Assembly: GCA_944391745.1 (NCBI GenBank)
Contig: CALXUS010000002.1
Coordinates: 35,027-99,026 of the forward strand
Reading direction: 5' to 3'
Length of the DNA: 64,000 nt
Source of the DNA: an uncultured Clostridia bacterium
GTDB taxonomy: Bacteria; Bacillota; Clostridia; TANB77; CAG-508
The notes under the pieces are model-generated. The model ran no database searches, was not told where the DNA came from, and saw only the letters and a list, made by a program, of their open reading frames with translations. The number at the start of each line of letters is the position of its first letter. Position 1 is the first letter of the stretch. Below are positions 17,096 through 26,606 of the stretch, in pieces. The position numbers and the translations under genes were made by a program.

Positions 17096-19732
17096 ATGTT
17101 GACAGTGCAAAATTACCGTGAAGAGATTGTTAATTCTGTTTTGAACAATAGAGTTACAATTGTAACAGCAGAAACAGGATCTGGCAAATCCACACAAATC
17201 CCTCAATACTTGACAAAGTACTTTAAGCAAATCATCGTAACTGAACCTCGGAGAATGGCGGCAAAAACGCTTGCTATTCGGGTTTCTGAAGAGATGGGAA
17301 CAAAACTTGGTGAGGAGGTTGGATATAGGACAGCTTATGACCGGTGTGCATCTCCGGAAAGTAAAATAGTTTATTGTACAGATGGGTTACAACTTGTGCG
17401 TTCGCTTCTTGGGAGCGATGACACAAGAAGTACTCTTCTTGTGATAGACGAAATTCATGAATGGAACAACAATCAGGAGCAACTGATTGCTTGGACTAAG
17501 CTGAAGAACGTAAGCACTCTTATAATGAGTGCTACAATGGATGTGAAGAGCTTAATGGAATATTATAAAGATTCTGTTAATGCAATTTACGTTCCAGGTA
17601 GTCAATTTCATGTAGAAATGGAGGAAAGAGGAAGTTCGGAGTTTATCAATGCTATTAAAGAGAATATTTCTGAAGGAAAGAATATTTTGGTGTTCCTTCC
17701 TGGCAAAAAAGAAATATTTATGACGATTGATGAACTCAACGGCGAAAATGCTATTGTGCTCCCCCTTCATGGCGAAATGGATTGGGAGGAACAAAGCAAA
17801 TGTTTTGCTCAATATGACTTGCCGAAAGTGATTTGCGCAACTAATGTTGCTCAAACTTCGATTACTATTCCTGATATCGATGTGGTTGTTGATCTTGGAC
17901 TGGCCAGAATTTCTGACGTAAGAGATGGGATTCAGGGCTTGTTCCTTAGAAATATCAGTCAAGCTGATATTAAGCAAAGAGCAGGTAGAGCTGGCAGAAC
18001 GAAGGATGGCAAATACATTTTGTGCTCTGATAAGCCGATTTCTCAAAGAGAAGAATATCAGAAACCGGAAATTGAGAGGAGCCTTTTGGAAAGAGTCGTT
18101 CTTCAGTTTGCCAACATTGGGCTCGATGCAGAGGTGGTGGAATTTTTTCATCAGCCTCCTAAGGAAGAAATCGTTCGCGCTAAGAAAGAGTTAATTAACC
18201 TTGGCGCTATGGACGATAAGAACAACGTTACTGCTATCGGCAAAGAGATGGCAAAGCTTCCTCTTAATGCACAGTCGGCTCGGATGATTGTTGAAGCTGA
18301 AAAACTGGGCGTTACCGAGGATGTGATTAAAATCGCATCTATTGTTGAAATTGGTGGCTTACTGCTGAAAAATCAAAGATACTTTTGCTATACAAGCGAA
18401 AGTAGAAGTGATTTGTTGGCTGAACTGGACGTGTGGGACAAAGTAAATAGTCAGGAAGAATTTGATTTTGAAAAAGGAGGCATTAATAAAAAGAACTTTT
18501 TCAAAATTAAAGAGCACATTCAGTTGGTAATGAATGCCATAGACGGTATTGTCACCTTGAACTCTTCTGGTAGTAGGGAGGATGTTCTTAAAGCTTGTTT
18601 GAGTGGTTTGGCTACCCATATTTATTCAAGACATTGGAATTGTTTTGTCGACAATAACTGGGACGAGAGAAAACTCGATCGTAAATCTTGTGTTGAGATG
18701 TTCAGCTCTGACTTCTTGATTGGGATTCCCAAAACGATTGAATTTAAGAATCGGTTCGGTTATTTGTCCAAAATGGACCTAATTACATTTGCAACTGCGG
18801 TTGATGGTGATACTGCTTTGAAAATTGTTCCGAAGAGCTACATTTCAAAAGAAATAGTAGAAGAGTATTCCGAAAACGAAGATGCAGTTGTGAAGAGAGT
18901 AATTACTAAAGTCTTGGATAAGGCTGTTAAGGAAGAACGTATCGTTGATTATGATAATCCGCGGTATGATAGCCTTAAACGGCAGTATGAAGAGATGAAA
19001 AAATGGAGAGAATCTTGGATGGGAAGAGAAGCTTTTGAACAAAGCTATAATTCGAATAAGCTTTCCAGACAAGAAGAAGTCCGCGTAAATGGAAAGTTGT
19101 ATTCTGTGAACTACGAAAGCGGTGAACCTTATATTACCATTTATAACAGCGGTGAGCTGTTTGAAATTAATGATGAGAATATTACTTTGCACGACGGAAC
19201 TGTTGTTACTGTAAAGTGTGCAGGAAAGTCTAGTAAGAGTGTTAGCTCTCTGAAAAAGATGGTAAAAGAATATGTTTCCGTTATCGTAAGAAAAAAGAAT
19301 AGAGATCGGCTTAACGCAAAGGTAGTTAACTCTATTCAGAATATTGACAGCGTTAAAGGAGAGCTGGGAAAGCTAACCTTTAACGGTATCATGTTTGGAT
19401 ATTCCGGAATCAACGTTGAAGGTTATGGCTGTTTAAAGGTTCGCAAAGATGGTCAAATCGTTTTGGACATCGTTAGCGATGAAGAAATGGCTAAAGCGCA
19501 GACGAATGAGGCACTGAAAAATCTTGCTATGAAAAAGCTGAAAAAGGATTATGTTGATTCTAAATTCAGCCATCAAACTGGCAAGAAAAAGAAAGTCTTG
19601 ACTTCGAAAGAAGAAACAGTGAGAGAGGATTTTTGGCATCTGGCTACAGATGTCATTGCCTCGATTAATGTTGAAAACGTAGGCGAAAGCCTGCAGTTTA
19701 TTCAAGACTATTATGTAGAGCTTATGGGTTAA
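17096..19732 (+). CDS. DEAH/RHA (HrpA/HrpB-like) RNA helicase with a divergent C-terminal region, compositionally foreign
   Basis: ETGSGKST, TEPRR, DEIH, MSAT, ATNVAQTSITIPD, QRAGRAGR and HA2-like GKEMAKLPL motifs. GC and C/G-ending codons are elevated. Confidence 0.9.
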   Translation: MLTVQNYREEIVNSVLNNRVTIVTAETGSGKSTQIPQYLTKYFKQIIVTEPRRMAAKTLAIRVSEEMGTKLGEEVGYRTAYDRCASPESKIVYCTDGLQLVRSLLGSDDTRSTLLVIDEIHEWNNNQEQLIAWTKLKNVSTLIMSATMDVKSLMEYYKDSVNAIYVPGSQFHVEMEERGSSEFINAIKENISEGKNILVFLPGKKEIFMTIDELNGENAIVLPLHGEMDWEEQSKCFAQYDLPKVICATNVAQTSITIPDIDVVVDLGLARISDVRDGIQGLFLRNISQADIKQRAGRAGRTKDGKYILCSDKPISQREEYQKPEIERSLLERVVLQFANIGLDAEVVEFFHQPPKEEIVRAKKELINLGAMDDKNNVTAIGKEMAKLPLNAQSARMIVEAEKLGVTEDVIKIASIVEIGGLLLKNQRYFCYTSESRSDLLAELDVWDKVNSQEEFDFEKGGINKKNFFKIKEHIQLVMNAIDGIVTLNSSGSREDVLKACLSGLATHIYSRHWNCFVDNNWDERKLDRKSCVEMFSSDFLIGIPKTIEFKNRFGYLSKMDLITFATAVDGDTALKIVPKSYISKEIVEEYSENEDAVVKRVITKVLDKAVKEERIVDYDNPRYDSLKRQYEEMKKWRESWMGREAFEQSYNSNKLSRQEEVRVNGKLYSVNYESGEPYITIYNSGELFEINDENITLHDGTVVTVKCAGKSSKSVSSLKKMVKEYVSVIVRKKNRDRLNAKVVNSIQNIDSVKGELGKLTFNGIMFGYSGINVEGYGCLKVRKDGQIVLDIVSDEEMAKAQTNEALKNLAMKKLKKDYVDSKFSHQTGKKKKVLTSKEETVREDFWHLATDVIASINVENVGESLQFIQDYYVELMG

Positions 19733-19751
19733 AAGAAAGAGAGGCGATAAG

Positions 19752-19795
19752 AAAACTAGTTCCTTTAACAATTGTTATAGGAACTAGTTTTTTTT
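19752..19795 (+). terminator. Intrinsic terminator after the helicase
   Basis: AAAACTAGTTCCT...AGGAACTAGTTTT plus a T-run. Confidence 0.8.
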
Positions 19796-19827
19796 AGTAA
19801 TAAAATAGTAATAAATCTTTAAATTAC

Positions 19828-19856
19828 TTGATTTATCAAGCAATTTATTGTAAACT
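19828..19856 (+). promoter_or_regulatory. SigA-type promoter for the queA operon
   Basis: TTGATT-N17-TAAACT. Confidence 0.45.
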
Positions 19857-19904
19857 ATATAAGTAAATGTTGAATCGGAAAGAGGATTTTGAAGATGTTT
19901 TTAG

Positions 19905-19988
19905 GGATGTTTTTGGGGACACATCCCAAAAACATCTAAAAATAAAAATACAATAAGCTGTTTTTGGAAGGTGTCCCCAAAAACATCC
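19905..19988. repeat. Inverted REP-like doublet in the queA leader
   Basis: GGATGTTTTTGGGGACACATCCCAAAAACATCT ... AGCTGTTTTTGGAAGGTGTCCCCAAAAACATCC. Confidence 0.9.
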
Positions 19989-20022
19989 TTCCAAAAAAGC
20001 AAAAAAGAAAGAAGGCTTTTTA

Positions 20023-21048
20023 ATGGAATTAAAAGAATTTGATTATTATTTACCAGAGGAGTTAATTGCACAAGTACCAATAAAAAATAGAGATGAATCA
20101 AGATTAATGGTGCTTAATAGAAAAAATCAAACAATAGAGCATAAAATTTTTAAAGATATAATTGATTATTTAGAACCAGGTGATTGCTTAGTAAGAAATA
20201 ATACAAAAGTTATACCAGCAAGACTTTATGGTAAAAAAGAAACTGGAGCAAATGTAGAATTTGTACTTCTTAAAAATATTGAAGGTGATATTTGGGAGGC
20301 TATGGTAAGACCAGGTAATAAGCTTCATGTAGGAGCAAAAGTTATATTTGGTGATGGACTTTTAAAAGCAGAAATACTTGAAACTTTACCAGATGGAACA
20401 AGGAAAGTTAAATTTACCTATGACGGAATATTTAATGAAATACTTGACCAAATAGGACTTATGCCACTTCCACCATATATTCACGAGAGTTTAAAAGATA
20501 ATGATAGATATCAAACTGTTTATGCAAAATATGAAGGTTCAGCAGCAGCTCCTACAGCTGGTTTGCATTTTACACCAGAATTACTACAAAAAATAGAAGA
20601 AAAAGGAATAAAAATAGCAAATGTAACACTTCATGTTGGAATAGGAACATTTAGACCAGTAAAAGAGAAAAATATTGAAGACCACCACATGCATACAGAG
20701 CATTATTATATAAAACAGGAAGATGCCGATAAAATAAATGAAACAAAAAAATCTGGGAAAAGAGTTATTTCAGTCGGCACAACTTCTTGTAGAACTCTAG
20801 AAACTGTGGCAGATGAAAAAACAGGTTTAGTTAAAGCATGTGAAGGAGATACAGGAATTTACATTTATCCGGGATATAAATTTAAATGTATAGATGGACT
20901 GGTTACAAACTTCCATCTACCTGAATCAACATTGTTAATGCTTGTTTCAGCTTTAGCTGGAAAAGATTATATTATGAAAGCATACAATGAAGCAGTAAAA
21001 GAAAAATATAGATTTTTTAGTTTTGGAGATGCAATGTTAATATTATAG
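20023..21048 (+). CDS. queA: S-adenosylmethionine:tRNA ribosyltransferase-isomerase
   Basis: [34 protein letters not shown] and [10 protein letters not shown] motifs. Confidence 0.97.
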   Translation: MELKEFDYYLPEELIAQVPIKNRDESRLMVLNRKNQTIEHKIFKDIIDYLEPGDCLVRNNTKVIPARLYGKKETGANVEFVLLKNIEGDIWEAMVRPGNKLHVGAKVIFGDGLLKAEILETLPDGTRKVKFTYDGIFNEILDQIGLMPLPPYIHESLKDNDRYQTVYAKYEGSAAAPTAGLHFTPELLQKIEEKGIKIANVTLHVGIGTFRPVKEKNIEDHHMHTEHYYIKQEDADKINETKKSGKRVISVGTTSCRTLETVADEKTGLVKACEGDTGIYIYPGYKFKCIDGLVTNFHLPESTLLMLVSALAGKDYIMKAYNEAVKEKYRFFSFGDAMLIL

Positions 21049-22185
<1,137 letters not shown>

Positions 22186-22186
22186 T

Positions 22187-23689
22187 ATGGACTTAATTGA
22201 AAATATTCCCGATAATAATAATAATACCAACAAAAATTCGAAATTCAAGGTGTGGTTTATTATTGTAATAATACTCATTGTATTATTAATAATTGCGGCA
22301 GTTTTTGTTTGGCTATATAGTATGAACTTATCAAGTAGCCAATTTAAGTTTAATCTAGATGGTGTTAGACAATCAAAATATTCATCTTCACTATTTGTAT
22401 TTCAAAATGATAAAGTATATATATCAATTCGTGAAATTGCTTCACTTCTAGGATATAATGTATATAATGGTGGATATGGGGAATACACAGAAGATAAAAG
22501 TAAATGTTATGTTAATAATTCAAAAGAAATAGTTTCTTTTGAATCTAATTCTAATAAAATATATAAGTATAATGCTTTTTCTGGAGAAAATCGCGATAGT
22601 CAGACTTTTACAATTGATGAACCTATTTCAACAGCAGGAGCTGAACTTTATATATCTTCAGAAGGATTAAAAAGAGCATTTAATGTAATGTTTGATTATA
22701 ATTCGACAGATAATTCTGTATCAATATTTAGTTTAAATTATTTAGCTAAATATTATACAAGCAGTATTGAGAATGCAGCTGTTACTAGTGAAGCAAGTAG
22801 TTTGTCTGAATCAGTTTTATTTAACAATCAAAAAGCCTTATTATATAATTTGGTAGTAGTAAAAGATTCAAATACTGGATTATATGGTGTAGCAAGTTTA
22901 GCAGACCCTACAAATACTATAATTGGAACTAGATATACCAGTGTAGAATTTATGGAAGGAAGCAATGATTTTATAGTAAAAACTTCTGAAAATAAAATGG
23001 GTATAATAGGCAGTGATGGAATTACAAAAGTAAGAATGGAATATGATGAAGTAAAAGAATTAGATAAAAATCTAGGACTATATTTAGTAACAACAAATAA
23101 TAGGCAAGGTGTTGTAAATAGTAATGGAAAAACAATCGTTTACCAGGATTACGATCAAATCGGTTTACCAAATACAATAAATGATTCTAATGTAACAAAT
23201 AGATACATTTTGTTAGATAATTGTATTCCTGTTAAGAGAAATAATAAATGGGGTCTAATAGATATAAATGGTAACGAGATTTCTCCAATTCAATATGATG
23301 GATTTGGATGTGATGCTGATACATCAGTTGATTCTAGATACAAAGATGTTTTAATTATTCCTGAATTAAATGGAATCGTTGTTGAATTAGATGAAGTTAA
23401 TGGAAATACCAAAACAAAAAAATATGGAGTTGTTACTGCAGATGGAAATTTATTTATAAATATTGTATTAGATAGTGTTTATGCACTAACAACCCAAGGC
23501 GAAACAATATATTATGCTTCTGTACAAGGACAAATTATTGATTTAGTTGATTTTGTTAGACAACAACAAGCTAGTATGAATGGAAACAGTGGAAATACTA
23601 CTGAAAATGATACTAATACGGCAGATGGTAACGAAATTGGTAATGAGGCAAGAGGATTAATGCTTGATAATACAGTTACCGAAGAATAA
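22187..23689 (+). CDS. Membrane-anchored WG-repeat protein
   Basis: N-terminal TM helix and WG-like repeats (KWGLIDINGNEISPIQYD, KMGIIGSDG, KYGVVTADG). ATG 22187 follows GAGGAGG (the ORF track starts at 22160). Confidence 0.7.
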   Translation: MDLIENIPDNNNNTNKNSKFKVWFIIVIILIVLLIIAAVFVWLYSMNLSSSQFKFNLDGVRQSKYSSSLFVFQNDKVYISIREIASLLGYNVYNGGYGEYTEDKSKCYVNNSKEIVSFESNSNKIYKYNAFSGENRDSQTFTIDEPISTAGAELYISSEGLKRAFNVMFDYNSTDNSVSIFSLNYLAKYYTSSIENAAVTSEASSLSESVLFNNQKALLYNLVVVKDSNTGLYGVASLADPTNTIIGTRYTSVEFMEGSNDFIVKTSENKMGIIGSDGITKVRMEYDEVKELDKNLGLYLVTTNNRQGVVNSNGKTIVYQDYDQIGLPNTINDSNVTNRYILLDNCIPVKRNNKWGLIDINGNEISPIQYDGFGCDADTSVDSRYKDVLIIPELNGIVVELDEVNGNTKTKKYGVVTADGNLFINIVLDSVYALTTQGETIYYASVQGQIIDLVDFVRQQQASMNGNSGNTTENDTNTADGNEIGNEARGLMLDNTVTEE

Positions 23690-23761
23690 AGTTATGAAAT
23701 ACTTTAGAATTAAACTCGTAATTCCTAAAAATTTCAAATAAAAAAATGAAGTGGAGGAATA

Positions 23762-24040
23762 ATGGATTATAAACAATTAATAATTACAATAATTACAGTT
23801 TTTGTCTTATTAGGACTTTACTATTTGTCTGTACTTCCAAAGAAAAGGCAAGATAAAGAAATAAAAAAGATGCAAGATTCTTTAAAAAAGGGTGATAAAA
23901 TAATTACCTATACAGGTCTTTCAGGAACTATAGACGAAGTATTAGAAGATAGAATTATTTTAGTAACGCGTCCAAATAATGTAAAATTATCAATAGAAAA
24001 ATGGGCAGTTGCAGGAATAGATGATAGAACTATCGAGTAA
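23762..24040 (+). CDS. yajC: Preprotein translocase subunit YajC
   Basis: TM segment followed by PKKRQ...QDSLKKGDKIIT.GL.G, in the queA-tgt-yajC-secDF context. Confidence 0.9.
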   Translation: MDYKQLIITIITVFVLLGLYYLSVLPKKRQDKEIKKMQDSLKKGDKIITYTGLSGTIDEVLEDRIILVTRPNNVKLSIEKWAVAGIDDRTIE

Positions 24041-24092
24041 TAATACATAAGCACTTAGCATATACTTATCAAAGAAAGTGAGGTAAGTGCTT

Positions 24093-24488
24093 ATGGAAAA
24101 AATAGAAAAAACAACTAGGTCAACTAGTAACTTTGTCAAAATATTAATAGGAAGTTTAATATCTTTAATAATAAGTATAGTATTACTATTAGTTATTTCA
24201 ATTATTTTGACTTATACAGATGTTTCAGAAAATATTATAACTACATCAGTTATAATAATATCAGCACTAAGCATATTTATAGGAAGTATAATTAGTGCAA
24301 TAAATATTAATAAAAATGGAATAATAAATGGCTCAATAGTTGGGGCAATTTATATGATAACAATATATTTACTTTCAAGCATATTTGTTACAGGTTTTTC
24401 TGTTAATGCACAATCTATTATTATGATAATAGTTTCAATAGTAGCTGGAATGATTGGAGGAATAATTGGTGTCAATTTCCATAAGTAG
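24093..24488 (+). CDS. TIGR04086-like four-TM membrane protein
   Basis: Four TM segments, KNGIINGSIVG and C-terminal GGIIGVN. This is the position typical after yajC in Clostridia. Confidence 0.7.
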   Translation: MEKIEKTTRSTSNFVKILIGSLISLIISIVLLLVISIILTYTDVSENIITTSVIIISALSIFIGSIISAININKNGIINGSIVGAIYMITIYLLSSIFVTGFSVNAQSIIMIIVSIVAGMIGGIIGVNFHK

Positions 24489-24496
24489 GAGGAAAA

Positions 24497-25882
24497 ATGA
24501 AAGCACAAAAAAAACTAAGCATTGTACTAATATTATTAATAATAATTTTAATTAGTATTATTTCTTTTGTAGGTATTTTTTATCAAAACAAAAATGAAAT
24601 GGATAATGTGGTACCAGATTATAAATTAGGAGCAGATTTAAGTGGGTACAGAAGGATTGTATTAGTCGTTGATGACGATGATGAAGAAAATACAGAGGAT
24701 GTTCTTAATTATGATAATTATGTAAAATCTGCTAATATAATCAAAGAAAGATTAAGATCAATGAAGGTTCAGGATTTTACAGTAAGATGTGATGAAACTA
24801 CAGGTCAAATTGAAATTACTATTCCTGAAGATACTCAGACAGAGTACATATTAGCAGATATTACACAAAAAGGTAAATTTGAGATTCAAAATAATTCAAA
24901 TAAAGAAGTTTTAATGAATAATGATGATATTAAAAGTACAGATGTAAAAGTACAACAATCTTCTTATAATACATCATACTATCAAATTTATATGGATATT
25001 AACTTTAATGGTAAAGGTGCTAAAAAATTTAAAAATATAACTGCTGAATATCAAAATACAGTTACAAACGATACTTCAACAAATTATATTGCAGGAACAA
25101 GCACTGCAAATAGTACAAGCACTAATGAAACCGTTAATGAAACAACAAACGAAGCTTCAAATGAAACTTCAGAAGAATCTACAGAAGAAACTGATGATAC
25201 AATAGAAGTTGGATTATATATTGATGGAACCGAAATGATGTCAACATCATTTGATGAAGTAATAGATAATGGTGTAATGTCATTAACTTTAGGAAGCGCT
25301 ACTTCTACAGAAAGCAGAGATATACTTAAATATCAAGCTGAAAGTTTAGCTGCTATTCTAGAAAATGATCCAATGCCTATTCAATATTCAATTACAGGAA
25401 ACTTATATATTTCTTCACCAATAGAACAAAGCACTATTAATATTTTAATAATAGTAGGTATTTGTATAGCAATAGTTATGTTTATTGTTGCAATAGTTAC
25501 ATATAAATTAAATGGTTTAGCAATTTCAATTTGTTCAGTTGGATTTATAGCATTGTATTTATTAATATTAAGATATACAAATGTAATAATTACATTAGAG
25601 GGAATATTCTCAATAGGATTAGTATTTGTTATTAATTATCTATTTAATATAATGATATTAAATAGATTGCAAAAGAATATTGAAAAAACCTTCTCAAAGG
25701 CAATTACTAAATTCTCTTTATCTATGATACCAATGTTAATATTAGCAGTAGTATGTTGTTTCTCTAGCTGGATGTCACTATTCAGTTTTGGTATGATACT
25801 ATTCTGGGGATTAGTAACAAGCATTGTATACAATGTTTTACTAACTAGAATATTCTTAAAATGTATAAATTCAAGAAAGTAA
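24497..25882 (+). CDS. secD: SecD-like protein (divergent)
   Basis: KLGADLSG, IIKERL, large periplasmic-type domain and C-terminal TM bundle, after yajC. Lacks the canonical VDANV motif. Confidence 0.7.
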   Translation: MKAQKKLSIVLILLIIILISIISFVGIFYQNKNEMDNVVPDYKLGADLSGYRRIVLVVDDDDEENTEDVLNYDNYVKSANIIKERLRSMKVQDFTVRCDETTGQIEITIPEDTQTEYILADITQKGKFEIQNNSNKEVLMNNDDIKSTDVKVQQSSYNTSYYQIYMDINFNGKGAKKFKNITAEYQNTVTNDTSTNYIAGTSTANSTSTNETVNETTNEASNETSEESTEETDDTIEVGLYIDGTEMMSTSFDEVIDNGVMSLTLGSATSTESRDILKYQAESLAAILENDPMPIQYSITGNLYISSPIEQSTINILIIVGICIAIVMFIVAIVTYKLNGLAISICSVGFIALYLLILRYTNVIITLEGIFSIGLVFVINYLFNIMILNRLQKNIEKTFSKAITKFSLSMIPMLILAVVCCFSSWMSLFSFGMILFWGLVTSIVYNVLLTRIFLKCINSRK

Positions 25883-25913
25883 AAGATAAAGCAAATTGGA
25901 AAGGAACAATATT

Positions 25914-26543
25914 ATGAGTAAAAAAAGCAAAATAATTAGTATTATTTTAATTATTATATTTATAGCTGCAATAGTGATTACTGGAATTAGAGGATTAAAT
26001 GTAGACTTAAATTATGCAGAAGGTGTATCAATAGTATTTAACTTAGGTCAACAATTTAATAATTCAGATATAGAAACAATTGCTAGAGAAGTATGGCCAG
26101 ATGGACAAATTGTAGTTCAAAAGGTCGAAGTATATGATGAGACAGTATTAGTAAAAGTTTCATCATTAACAGAAGAACAATTAAATTCATTTATTTCAAA
26201 AATAAATGAAAAATATTCAGTAGAAATTTCAGAAAATGAGATGTCTGTTCAATATAATTCAAATGTTCAAATTAGAGACATAGTTTATCCTTATATAGTG
26301 CCTTTAATTATTACAACTGCTCTTATTGTATTATATTATTCAATAAGATTTAGAGGAGTTAAAGAAATATTAGATTTATTAATTAAATTAATTTTTGCTG
26401 AAGGTATAGTATATAGTATATATGCAATAACTAGATTACCAATAGATGCACTTACAATGCCTATAGTAATGATTGTATATGCTGCTGTTACAATTTATAT
26501 TAGTATAAAATATGAAAAAGGGAAAATAAAATTTTCAAAATAG
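25914..26543 (+). CDS. secF: Short SecF-like protein (divergent, C-terminally reduced)
   Basis: GLNVDLNYAEG (cf. GLNLGIDFTGG) and YYSIRF, only ~210 aa. ATG 25914 follows GGAAAGGA. Confidence 0.6.
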   Translation: MSKKSKIISIILIIIFIAAIVITGIRGLNVDLNYAEGVSIVFNLGQQFNNSDIETIAREVWPDGQIVVQKVEVYDETVLVKVSSLTEEQLNSFISKINEKYSVEISENEMSVQYNSNVQIRDIVYPYIVPLIITTALIVLYYSIRFRGVKEILDLLIKLIFAEGIVYSIYAITRLPIDALTMPIVMIVYAAVTIYISIKYEKGKIKFSK

Positions 26544-26547
26544 GGAA

Positions 26548-26590
26548 TAATAAAACTATACTTAGAAGAGTATAGTTTTATTAATTTTTT
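26548..26590 (+). terminator. Intrinsic terminator after the secF-like gene
   Basis: TAATAAAACTATACT-tagaag-AGTATAGTTTTATTA followed by a T-run. Confidence 0.75.
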
Positions 26591-26606
26591 ATAAAAGGAG
26601 AAATTT

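Noticed and set aside
12492-19990. ileS-queA insert as a prophage, ICE or IS-bounded transposon
   Set aside because: No integrase, transposase, phage or conjugation genes, and no clear att-like direct repeat at the two ends.
25060-25200. Thr/Asn/Glu-rich stretch in the SecD-like protein as a tandem repeat locus
   Set aside because: A low-complexity linker (NET-like motifs) without exact DNA repeat units.
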